This document shows, in pieces, positions 45,701 to 53,248 of a stretch of DNA of 64,000 bases (positions are counted from its first letter, which is position 1; each line of letters opens with the position of its first letter). This stretch comes from Myxococcales bacterium (GTDB taxonomy: Bacteria > Myxococcota > Myxococcia > Myxococcales > JAKAPL01): NCBI GenBank assembly GCA_021807105.1, contig JAKAPL010000002.1:48515-112514 (forward strand), in the 5' to 3' direction. Made by a program: the position numbers and the translations under genes. Below the pieces are notes generated by a model. It was not told the origin of the DNA, searched no databases, and was given only the letters and a program-made list of their open reading frames with translations.

Positions 45701-45868
45701 CAGCGGCGCGGCGTGGCGGTCTACCGGCTCGTGGCCCGGGACACGGTGGAGGAGAAGATGCTCGCGCTCGCGGAGAAGAAGCGCGGCGTCTCGGAGCGGC
45801 TGCTCGCGGGGCGCGGGGGCGGGGCGTTCTCGGCCGAGGAGCTCGTGGGGCTGCTCGGGGAGGGGTAG
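42788..45868 (+). CDS. SNF2-family helicase with N-terminal SWIM zinc finger
   Basis: SWIM [20 protein letters not shown]. SNF2 motifs [29 protein letters not shown]. Helicase-C [14 protein letters not shown] and [21 protein letters not shown]. Confidence 0.9.
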   Translation: [1026 protein letters not shown]

Positions 45869-45892
45869 CGCGGCGCCTCGCGCGGCGCCGCG
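45869..45892. terminator. GC hairpin between convergent genes (possible bidirectional terminator)
   Basis: CGCGGCGCC-TCGCGC-GGCGCCGCG: a 9-bp stem and 6-nt loop that nearly fills the 28-bp spacer between the two stop codons. Confidence 0.45.
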
Positions 45893-45896
45893 ACGC

Positions 45897-47639
45897 CTAC
45901 GGCGCGGTCACGCTCAAGGCGTAGGCGTCGTCCGGGTCGCCGCCGAGGCCGGGCAGCCGGACCACGGGGGCGGGGCGGACGCGGATCAGGTAGACGCCGG
46001 GGTCGAGCTTCGCCCGGATCTCCTCGCCGGCGCCCGCCTTGCCGTGGTCGCTCGTGTTGATGAGCGGGCCGGCGGACCGCGCGTCGCCCCCCGCGAGCGG
46101 GCCGGAGAGGCGCAGGGCGAGCGGGACCCGGGGGACGCCCGAGAGCCGGATGGCGACGCCCGTGGCCACCGGCTGCGCGGAGAGGTCGAGGCGGAAGAAG
46201 TCCACGTCCTGGGCCGGGAAGGCGTAGCCGCCGAGCGTCTGGCCGAGCTGGATGGGCGTCGCGGTCGCGGGCGTGTCGTTCGGCTCGCGCTCGAAGCGGC
46301 CTTCGTCGGGGCGCAGCGCGACGGCGAGCTCGTAGGGGTCGGCCGCGTTCTCCTGGTCGCGGACCCAGCGGGCGCCGACCTGGTGGGCGGCCGCCTGGAC
46401 GCGCAGGAAGTGGTCGCCCGCGGGGAGCGCGAACGCGGGGATCACGGCCGCCTCAAAGGGCCCGGGGCGCACGCGCAGCAGCAGCCGCTCGCGCGCGCCT
46501 CCTGGCGGCGGGGCGTCGACGAGCGAGAGCTCCGTCTCCACGTGGGGGACCGGCGAGAGGGTCGCGTGGAGGAGCGCGGGCGCCGGCAGGTGGACGAGGT
46601 AGTCGTCGACGTCGCCCGCGGGCGAGAGGTAGCCGCGCCGGACCGCCGAGATCGGCGTGGCGGCGGCGAGCGCGTCGTTCGGCTCGATCTCGAAGTCGGG
46701 CGGGGCCGGCTCGACGCGGGCGGCGATGGTATAGGGCGCGTCGGGGGCGGCGCGCCGGGGGCCGCGGCCGGCCTTCACGACGAGGTAGACCGCGCGGACG
46801 CCGGGGAAGAGCGCGAGGTCGCGGATCGCGATGGGCTCGCCGGGGCGCGCGGACGCGTCGCCGAGCGGCTGCTCGGCCTGATCGAAGAGGTGGACTTCGA
46901 GGCGGAGCCCCGGGACCGCGGAGATCGAGAGGCGGAGCAGGTTCGATGGCCCCGAGGGCGCGCCCGCGCGGGCCGGACCCGCGTCCGGGGCGGGGCCGGC
47001 GTCGCCGATGGCCGCGCCGCCCGCGGGGATGGCCGCGTCGCCCGCGGCGGCGCCCGCGAGATCGACGCGGTACCAGTCGAGATCGCCGGGCGTGCCGAGG
47101 GTCGCGTGGAGCGGGTGATCGGCGGAGAGCGGCGTCGCGTCGGCGGGGCGATCGTTGGGCTCCACCTCGCCGTCGGGATCGGGCGCGGACAGGCGCAGGG
47201 CGAGCGTGTACGGGCCGGGCGCGCCGGCGGGCGAAGAGACGCGCAGGTAGACCGTGTCCTTGACCCGGAAGGACGGCAGCACGAGATCCGGGCCCGCGGG
47301 GAGCCCGAGGAGCTTGTCGCGGTCGCGGTCGTAGACCTCGAGCGCGAGGCGGGCGCCCGCGGGCGATTCGAGCTCGGCGCGCAGGTCCCGCGGCGAGGGC
47401 GGCTGTACGCGGTACCAGTCCTCGTCGGGGCGGCTGGCGGGCTGGACGGGGTGGAGGTCGCCGTCGATCCGGGCCGTGTCGGCCACGAGCTGCGCGTGGT
47501 CGGGGTCGTCGTTCGGCTCGCGCTCCGCGAGGGCGGGTGGGCCGCCGCCGGGGGCGGCGGGGGGAGGCGCGGGGGGGGCGGGCGCGGCCCTCTTCGCGCA
47601 GGCGGCGAGGAGGACGAGGGCGAGGAGGCGGCGTCTCAC
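45897..47639 (-). CDS. Secreted protein with four tandem PPC (pre-peptidase C-terminal)-like domains
   Basis: Lipoprotein-like signal LLALVLLAACAK. Four spaced copies of the E-x-EPND-x-x-x-x-A motif (EREPNDDPDHA, EVEPNDRPADA, EIEPNDALAAA, EREPNDTPATA), each followed by D(L/V)D(W/F/D)Y(R/L)(V/L). Confidence 0.8.
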   Translation of the reverse strand: MRRRLLALVLLAACAKRAAPAPPAPPPAAPGGGPPALAEREPNDDPDHAQLVADTARIDGDLHPVQPASRPDEDWYRVQPPSPRDLRAELESPAGARLALEVYDRDRDKLLGLPAGPDLVLPSFRVKDTVYLRVSSPAGAPGPYTLALRLSAPDPDGEVEPNDRPADATPLSADHPLHATLGTPGDLDWYRVDLAGAAAGDAAIPAGGAAIGDAGPAPDAGPARAGAPSGPSNLLRLSISAVPGLRLEVHLFDQAEQPLGDASARPGEPIAIRDLALFPGVRAVYLVVKAGRGPRRAAPDAPYTIAARVEPAPPDFEIEPNDALAAATPISAVRRGYLSPAGDVDDYLVHLPAPALLHATLSPVPHVETELSLVDAPPPGGARERLLLRVRPGPFEAAVIPAFALPAGDHFLRVQAAAHQVGARWVRDQENAADPYELAVALRPDEGRFEREPNDTPATATPIQLGQTLGGYAFPAQDVDFFRLDLSAQPVATGVAIRLSGVPRVPLALRLSGPLAGGDARSAGPLINTSDHGKAGAGEEIRAKLDPGVYLIRVRPAPVVRLPGLGGDPDDAYALSVTAP

Positions 47640-47643
47640 GCGC

Positions 47644-49752
47644 TTACCAGCGGCGGGAGAGCGCGAAGAGGAGCAGAAAGGCGAGGAGCGAGGCCGGCTC
47701 GCCGCCGCCGCCGCAGCCGCAGCCGCCCGAGGCGCCGGAGGAGCCGGAGGAGGAGCCCGCGCCGGCCGGGGGCGCGCCGCCGTCCGCCGGGGAGGCCGCC
47801 GCGCCGCCGCCGTCGGGGGAGGCCGCGCGGGGCAGGGGCGTGCAGTCGGGGGCGAAGGCGGCCTCTTCGGCCGGGTCGCAGGCGCGGCCGACGCCGTTGT
47901 GGTCGCAGTCGGTCTGGAGCGGGTTCGCCACGTGGGGGCAGTTGTCCTCGTCGTCCGCGATCCCGTCGCCGTCGCCGTCCGGGGGCGGCGCGTCCGTCAC
48001 CTCGAACCGATCGAGGAGGAGCTCGATTCCGCCGTCCGGAGCGCCGGCCGCCGGCCGGAGCGCGAAGCCGTGGAGGGTGCCCGTGAAGTCCTCGGCCGCC
48101 TGCGCCGGGGCGCCGTGCGCGGCGTCGAGCCGGAGGATCCGGTGGGCGTAGGCGCGGCCGTCGACGGGGTTTGGCGAGACGAACGTGTCGGCGGGGGCGA
48201 ACGTGTCGCCCGCGGTGAAGTCGATCGCCGTCGCGCCCGATGGCCCGGCGGGCCAGCGGCCGCCCACGAGGATCGCGACCTCGCCCGCGGCCGCGACCTG
48301 CACGTTCAGGTTCACGAGGCCGCTGCCGTCGCCGCGGAGGGGCAGCACGACGCCGCCGTCGGGGTCGATCCGGGGGGCGGCGGAGAGCGAGCGCGGGGTC
48401 CAGCCCTCCGACGAGATGTGGAAGGTCCAGAGCGGGTAGTCGTCACGGCCCGACAGCGTCGAGAGCATGCGCATCCGCCGGTCCGTGGCCGCGTAGAAGT
48501 AGCCGTTCCACCAGCGGCGGATCGCTTCGAGCGTCTGGAGCGCCGCTTGGACGCGCGGGGCGGTCGCGTCCTCGCCCGGGCTCATGAGGAACACCCATGC
48601 CTCTCGGGTCACGAGCGGGGCGTCGCCGAAGGCGGGCGTGCGCGGCCCCTCGACGGCCTCCACGTCGGCGACGGAGACGATGGTCCCGCGGCCCGTGATT
48701 GGTTCCGGCTCCTGTCCGGCGGTGAGCGGCCCGTAGGGGGGATCGGCGTTCGGCCCCTCGCCCGGGACGAGCGTGGGGAAGCTCTCGCCCGCGGGGGGCT
48801 CGGGGTTCTCCACGTAGAAGAACGGCGGGACGTCCTTATCGCGGCGCAGGCCCATCAGGTACTGGTCGAGCGGGCTGTAGGCGGCGACGCCGCCGTCGGG
48901 GATGGAGAAGCTCGACGGGTCGTTCGCGTCCTCGATCCAGTGGTTGCCCTCCAGCGGCGAGCCCATGTCGCCATCGCCGCCGCCGCTGTCGAAGAACCAG
49001 CTCCAGTGCTGGAGCGCGCGGCCGAGGAGCGCGTCGCTGTCCGCGCCGTTCTCGTCGCGGAAGTGGACGAACGCGCCCCACTGGTGGGCGGTCTCCTGGC
49101 CGAGGACGCCGGCCACCGAGTAGGCCGCGGTGCCGAAGTCGCGCACCCCGTCGCCGCAGTCGATGCCGATCGCCGAGTCGACGTTGCAGTCCCAGAGGAC
49201 GCCCATGTCGATGACGCCGCGGAGGTTGCCGCCGGCGCGGACGCCGTAATACGCGCGGTTGTCGAAGGTGGGCAGGCCGCTCGGGGTCGTGTGCGCGACG
49301 CCGATGCCCTGGATGTCGTTGTAGATCGGCTCGTAGTAGGCGAGGTAGCTGCAGACGTCCTGGAGGAAGTCGCTCCAGAAGACGAGCGTGTCGTAGTCGT
49401 CGGGCTGCGCGGCGAGGAAGTTCTCGACCGCGTCGATGGCCGAGCCGAGCGGGGCGAGGCTGTAGACGGGGGAGCCGACCCGCTGGGCGCACTGCTGGTC
49501 CTCGAAGATGGTGCAGCCCGCCGGCGAGGGACCCAACTGCGGATCGTCGGCGGCGCAGGCGACCGCGGGGAGCGGCTGAATCTCGCCGAACGCGCCGGGG
49601 AGCGGTCCGAGGCCGCGCGGGGCGGCCTGCGGCGCGCGCGGGGCCTTCGGGAAGCGGCGGAGCGCCTCGCGGATGTCGCCGTCACGGAAGCGGAGGCCGG
49701 GCGGCAGCGCGGGCGCGGCCGCGAGGAGCAGGGCGAGGAGGGGGAGGACCAT
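47644..49752 (-). CDS. Secreted protein with thrombospondin-type-3 Ca-binding repeat and MYXO-CTERM sorting tail
   Basis: Signal MVLPLLALLLAAAPA. DGDGDGIADDEDNCPHVANPLQTDCDHNGVGRACD is a TSP3-like repeat. The extreme C-terminus SGGCGCGGGGEPASLLAFLLLFALSRRW has a Cys in a Gly-rich stretch, a TM segment and a basic end. Confidence 0.8.
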   Translation of the reverse strand: MVLPLLALLLAAAPALPPGLRFRDGDIREALRRFPKAPRAPQAAPRGLGPLPGAFGEIQPLPAVACAADDPQLGPSPAGCTIFEDQQCAQRVGSPVYSLAPLGSAIDAVENFLAAQPDDYDTLVFWSDFLQDVCSYLAYYEPIYNDIQGIGVAHTTPSGLPTFDNRAYYGVRAGGNLRGVIDMGVLWDCNVDSAIGIDCGDGVRDFGTAAYSVAGVLGQETAHQWGAFVHFRDENGADSDALLGRALQHWSWFFDSGGGDGDMGSPLEGNHWIEDANDPSSFSIPDGGVAAYSPLDQYLMGLRRDKDVPPFFYVENPEPPAGESFPTLVPGEGPNADPPYGPLTAGQEPEPITGRGTIVSVADVEAVEGPRTPAFGDAPLVTREAWVFLMSPGEDATAPRVQAALQTLEAIRRWWNGYFYAATDRRMRMLSTLSGRDDYPLWTFHISSEGWTPRSLSAAPRIDPDGGVVLPLRGDGSGLVNLNVQVAAAGEVAILVGGRWPAGPSGATAIDFTAGDTFAPADTFVSPNPVDGRAYAHRILRLDAAHGAPAQAAEDFTGTLHGFALRPAAGAPDGGIELLLDRFEVTDAPPPDGDGDGIADDEDNCPHVANPLQTDCDHNGVGRACDPAEEAAFAPDCTPLPRAASPDGGGAAASPADGGAPPAGAGSSSGSSGASGGCGCGGGGEPASLLAFLLLFALSRRW
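47647..47724 (-). other. MYXO-CTERM-type C-terminal sorting signal (sub-feature)
   Basis: GCGCGGGGEPASLLAFLLLFALSRRW-stop. Confidence 0.7.
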
Positions 49753-49836
49753 GCGCGGGCGGCATCATAGCCGAGTCGCCGGCCGGGCGGGCAAGAGGCC
49801 GGTCGGGGAGAGGCGCGAGGCCGGCAGGCCCGCGGT

Positions 49837-49875
49837 GAAAAGAAGAGCCCCGGGACCCATCGGGCCCCGGGGCTC
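49837..49875 (-). terminator. Intrinsic terminator of the small poly-Lys peptide gene
   Basis: The minus-strand RNA is GAGCCCCGGGGCCC-GAU-GGGUCCCGGGGCUC, a stem of about 14 bp with a 3-nt loop, followed by UUCUUUU. It lies 21 nt after the TAG. Confidence 0.7.
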
Positions 49876-49896
49876 GTGACGCGAGGCGACGAGGGC

Positions 49897-50061
49897 CTAC
49901 TGGACCTCGTCCTTCTTCTTGTGCTTCTTCGCCTTCTTGGCCTTCTTCGCCTTCTTGGCCTTCTTGTGCTTCGCCGGGGCCGCCCCGGTGTCCTGGGCGA
50001 CGGCGACCTTGGCGAAGGAGACGCCGAGCAGCACGAGCAACGGCAGCATCAACTTGCGCAT
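49897..50061 (-). CDS. 54-aa secreted poly-lysine peptide (not in the ORF track because it is under 60 aa)
   Basis: ATG preceded by GAAAGGAGAGGGTC. Product MRKLMLPLLVLLGVSFAKVAVAQDTGAAPAKHKKAKKAKKAKKAKKHKKKDEVQ has a signal peptide with an AVA-Q cleavage motif. It is flanked by a promoter candidate and a strong terminator. Confidence 0.65.
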   Translation of the reverse strand: MRKLMLPLLVLLGVSFAKVAVAQDTGAAPAKHKKAKKAKKAKKAKKHKKKDEVQ

Positions 50062-50096
50062 GACCCTCTCCTTTCAAGAGGTGGGTTCGGGCGGTG

Positions 50097-50124
50097 AGGG
50101 TAGCGAGCGTCCGCCCAGAGTCAA
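50097..50124 (-). promoter_or_regulatory. Sigma-70-like promoter candidate for the small peptide gene
   Basis: The minus strand reads TTGACT - 16 bp - TACCCT, about 35 nt upstream of the ATG. Confidence 0.4.
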
Positions 50125-50200
50125 GAGATTTCTGGCCGGCGGGGATTCCTTCGCGGGCTCCGAGTTCCCCTCCCCGCGGGCGCCGTGCTATGGCGGCGCC

Positions 50201-52240
50201 ATGAGCGGCAACCCGCAACGTTCTGCGCCGGGCCTCCTCGCCGCCTTCCGCGAGGAGAAGGGGCGGCGCGGCGAGCGCCGGGTCACCGGCGTGCTCCAGA
50301 AGAAGGCGCAGGGCTTCGGGTTCCTCCGGCCGCTGTGGGGCGGCGACGACCTCTTCCTGCCGCCGTCGGAGCTGCGGGACCTCCACGACGGCGACCTGGT
50401 CCGCGCGGAGGCGGTGCGCGGGCAGCGAGGCCGGAGCGCCGGCCGCGCCGTCGAGTTGATCGAGCGGCGGCGGCGTCACGCCGCCGGCATCTACCGCGTC
50501 CGCGGGCGGGCGGCGGTCGTCGAGCCCATCGGAGACGGCCTGCCGCCCTCCTTCCCCGTCCGCCGCCACCCATCCGCGCGCGACGGACAGGCGGTCCGGT
50601 TCACGATCCCGGACCGGCACGAGGCGGGCGAGGTCGAGGCGGTCCTGGGCGACGCCGGAACGCCGGCGCTCGCGCCGCTGGAGGTCGCGTACGGGGCGGG
50701 CTTCTCCGAGGCGTTCCCGCGCGAGGCGCTCGCCGAGGCGGCGGCGCTCCCCGGAGAGCCCGGGCCGGGCGACCTCGAAGGCCGCGCCGACTTGAGCGGC
50801 CTCCCGCTCGTGACGATCGACGGGGAGGACGCCCGCGACTTCGACGACGCGGTCCACGTCGAGGCCGCGCCGGGCGGCGACCGCCTCGTGGTGGCCATCG
50901 CCGACGTCGCCCACTACGTCCGGCCGGGGAGCGCGCTCGACGCCGAGGCGCTGCGGCGCGGGACGAGCGTCTACCTGCCCGACCGCGCGTTGCCGATGCT
51001 CCCCGAACGGCTCGCCAACGGCCTCTGCTCGCTCGTGCCCGGCGGGACGCGCCTCTGTCGCGTCGCCGATCTGGTGATCGACGGCGCCGGCCGGACCATC
51101 TCGGCCAAGGTCTACCCCGCGGTCATGCGCAGCGCCGCCCGCTGCACCTACGCGCAGGTCGCGGCGAGCCTCGCGGGGGAGGCCGTCGGCCTGCCCGCGC
51201 CCGTCGTCGAGCGCTTCCCGCAGATGGCCCGGCTCGCGGGGCGGCTGACCGCGATGCGGCGCGAGCGAGGCGCCATCGACTTCAACCTGCCCGAGGGGAG
51301 GGTCGTCCTCGACGCGCAGGGGCGGCCGGTGGACGTGGCGCGCCGCCCGCGCACCGTGGCGCACCGGCTCGTGGAGGAGTTCATGCTGGCCGCCAACGAG
51401 GCGGTCGCCCGCCACTTCGAGGCGGCCGGGCTGCCGACCGTCTGGCGCATCCACGACGCGCCGGACGAGGAGAAGCTCGCGGACTTCGCCGCGCTCGCCC
51501 GCGCCCACGGGTTCGATGGGATCGGGGTGCCGGAGCGGGAGGCCGCGGGGCCCGGCCCCGCCCGGACGAGGCGGAGGGGCCCCGCGCCCTCGATCGGGCG
51601 CCGCCGTCCCTCCTCGGAGGCCGCCGGCGCCGTCCGCGCCGTCCGCCCGCAGGCGCTCGACGCCTTCCTGCGCCGGATCGCCGGCCACCCGGAGGAGCGG
51701 GCGCTCAACAGCCTGCTCCTGCGCGCGATGATGCAGGCGCTCTACAGCGCCGAGAACATCGGCCACTATGGCCTGGGCGCGAGGACCTATCTCCACTTCA
51801 CCTCGCCCATCCGGCGCTACCCGGACCTCGTCGTGCACCGGCTCCTCGCCGGCCGTCAGCCCGCCGATCCGGCCGACCTCGCGGCGATCGCGGCCCGCTG
51901 CTCCGAGCGCGAGCGGGCGGCGATGGCCGTCGAACGGGAGGTCGACGCGTACTACGGCGCCCTGTTGATGCAGGGCCACGTGGGGGCGACGTTCGACGGG
52001 GTCGTCGACGGCGTGGTCGAGGCCGGGCTCTTCGTCGAGCTGGAGCGGTTCCTCGTGTCGGGCCTGGTCCACGCCGCGGACCTCGGCGCCGGCGCGCTGT
52101 TCGAGCCCGAGCGGCAGCAGTGGCGCCTGCCCCGCTCCGGCCGCATCTTCCACATCGGCGGGAGCCTCCGCGTCACCGTCGCGTCCGTCAACGTCGCCCG
52201 ACGGCAGATCGACTTCGAGATCGCGCGAGGCCACCCCTGA
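50201..52240 (+). CDS. rnr: Ribonuclease R (RNB family, C-terminal S1 domain)
   Basis: Start at the internal ATG of track ORF 49919..52240. Cold-shock-like GVLQKKAQGFGFLRP. RNB motifs VTIDGEDARDFDDAV and HYGLGARTYLHFTSPIRRYPDLVVHR. S1-like C-terminus. Confidence 0.9.
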   Translation: MSGNPQRSAPGLLAAFREEKGRRGERRVTGVLQKKAQGFGFLRPLWGGDDLFLPPSELRDLHDGDLVRAEAVRGQRGRSAGRAVELIERRRRHAAGIYRVRGRAAVVEPIGDGLPPSFPVRRHPSARDGQAVRFTIPDRHEAGEVEAVLGDAGTPALAPLEVAYGAGFSEAFPREALAEAAALPGEPGPGDLEGRADLSGLPLVTIDGEDARDFDDAVHVEAAPGGDRLVVAIADVAHYVRPGSALDAEALRRGTSVYLPDRALPMLPERLANGLCSLVPGGTRLCRVADLVIDGAGRTISAKVYPAVMRSAARCTYAQVAASLAGEAVGLPAPVVERFPQMARLAGRLTAMRRERGAIDFNLPEGRVVLDAQGRPVDVARRPRTVAHRLVEEFMLAANEAVARHFEAAGLPTVWRIHDAPDEEKLADFAALARAHGFDGIGVPEREAAGPGPARTRRRGPAPSIGRRRPSSEAAGAVRAVRPQALDAFLRRIAGHPEERALNSLLLRAMMQALYSAENIGHYGLGARTYLHFTSPIRRYPDLVVHRLLAGRQPADPADLAAIAARCSERERAAMAVEREVDAYYGALLMQGHVGATFDGVVDGVVEAGLFVELERFLVSGLVHAADLGAGALFEPERQQWRLPRSGRIFHIGGSLRVTVASVNVARRQIDFEIARGHP

Positions 52241-52302
52241 ACCGCCGCGCCGCCGACCGCCTGCGCGCCGCGCTCCGGCGGCTCTCGGCCGAGGCCGCCC
52301 GC

Positions 52303-53247
52303 GTGGGGCTGCCCTTTGCGCCCCCGTCGCCGCTCCAGAGGCTCGACGGGCTCGCCGAGCCGTGGTCGCGCGCGCGGATCTGGGTCAAGCGCGACGACCT
52401 CCTCGGCGCCGGCGGCACGAAGGTCCGCAAGCTCGCCGCCGCGCTCCCGGCGGCCAAGGCCGCGCGGCGCCGGACCGTCCTCACCTTCGGCCACGAGGAC
52501 AGCAACCACGCGCTGGTGACGGCGGCGGCCGCCCGGGAGGCCGGCCTCTCGGCAGAGCTATGGATCGAGCCGGCCCCAGGCGCGCCCGGCGAGCGGAGGG
52601 CGGCGCTCGACGTCTCCGCCGATCGCGTCGACCGCCGGGGAGGGAGCCTCGGGCTCGTCACCGGCGCGGCCCTTCGCGCGCTCGCCCTCGCGCTGCGCGG
52701 CCGGCGGCCGTGGATCCTCCCGCCCGGCGGGACGACGCCCGCCACCTGCGCGGCCGTGGCCTGCGCGGTCGTCGAGGTGGCCGATCAGGTCGCCGCGCTG
52801 GGGGAGCCCATCCCGCCGCGCTGGGCCGTGGCCGTCGGCTCGGGCGGAACGTTCGCGGGGCTGCTCGCCGGCGCGAGGGCCCTCGACCTGCCGTGCCGGA
52901 TCACCGGCTTCTCGGCGAGCGCGCCGGGCCTCGTCCGCGCCCCCCTCGTCGCGGCCCTCGCGAACGCGGCGCTCGACCAGCTCGGCCTCGCGGGCCACCT
53001 GTCGGCCGACGAGGTCGACCTCGCCGGCGCCCAGCTCGGCGGCGGCCACGGCGTCGCCACGGAGGCCTCCCGCCGCGCCGAGATCGAGTGGGCGAGCGGC
53101 GGCGGCGTCACCCTCGATCCAATCTTCGGTGCGAAGGCGGCGGCCGGGATGCGCGAGGCGATCGAGCAGGGCCCGCCCGGCGCGGGCTGGCTCTTCTGGC
53201 AGACGGGGATGCAGGTCGAGATGGCCAACGTGGCGTCCCCCGCCTAA
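52303..53247 (+). CDS. PLP-dependent ACC deaminase / D-cysteine desulfhydrase family protein (start uncertain)
   Basis: Taken from the frame of track ORF 50185..53247. WVKRDDLLGAGGTKVRKL corresponds to the family motif K-R-[DE]-D...GGNKxRKL, and there is a later GSGGT loop. GTG 52303 is the first canonical start, but similarity seems to begin at 52237. Confidence 0.75.
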   Translation: MGLPFAPPSPLQRLDGLAEPWSRARIWVKRDDLLGAGGTKVRKLAAALPAAKAARRRTVLTFGHEDSNHALVTAAAAREAGLSAELWIEPAPGAPGERRAALDVSADRVDRRGGSLGLVTGAALRALALALRGRRPWILPPGGTTPATCAAVACAVVEVADQVAALGEPIPPRWAVAVGSGGTFAGLLAGARALDLPCRITGFSASAPGLVRAPLVAALANAALDQLGLAGHLSADEVDLAGAQLGGGHGVATEASRRAEIEWASGGGVTLDPIFGAKAAAGMREAIEQGPPGAGWLFWQTGMQVEMANVASPA

Positions 53248-53248
53248 C

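Noticed and set aside
49078-49098. QETAHQW in the MYXO-CTERM protein as a zinc-metalloprotease active site.
   Set aside because: The first His of HExxH is replaced by Gln, and I could not identify a third ligand. It is too weak to call a peptidase, so it is mentioned only as a lead.
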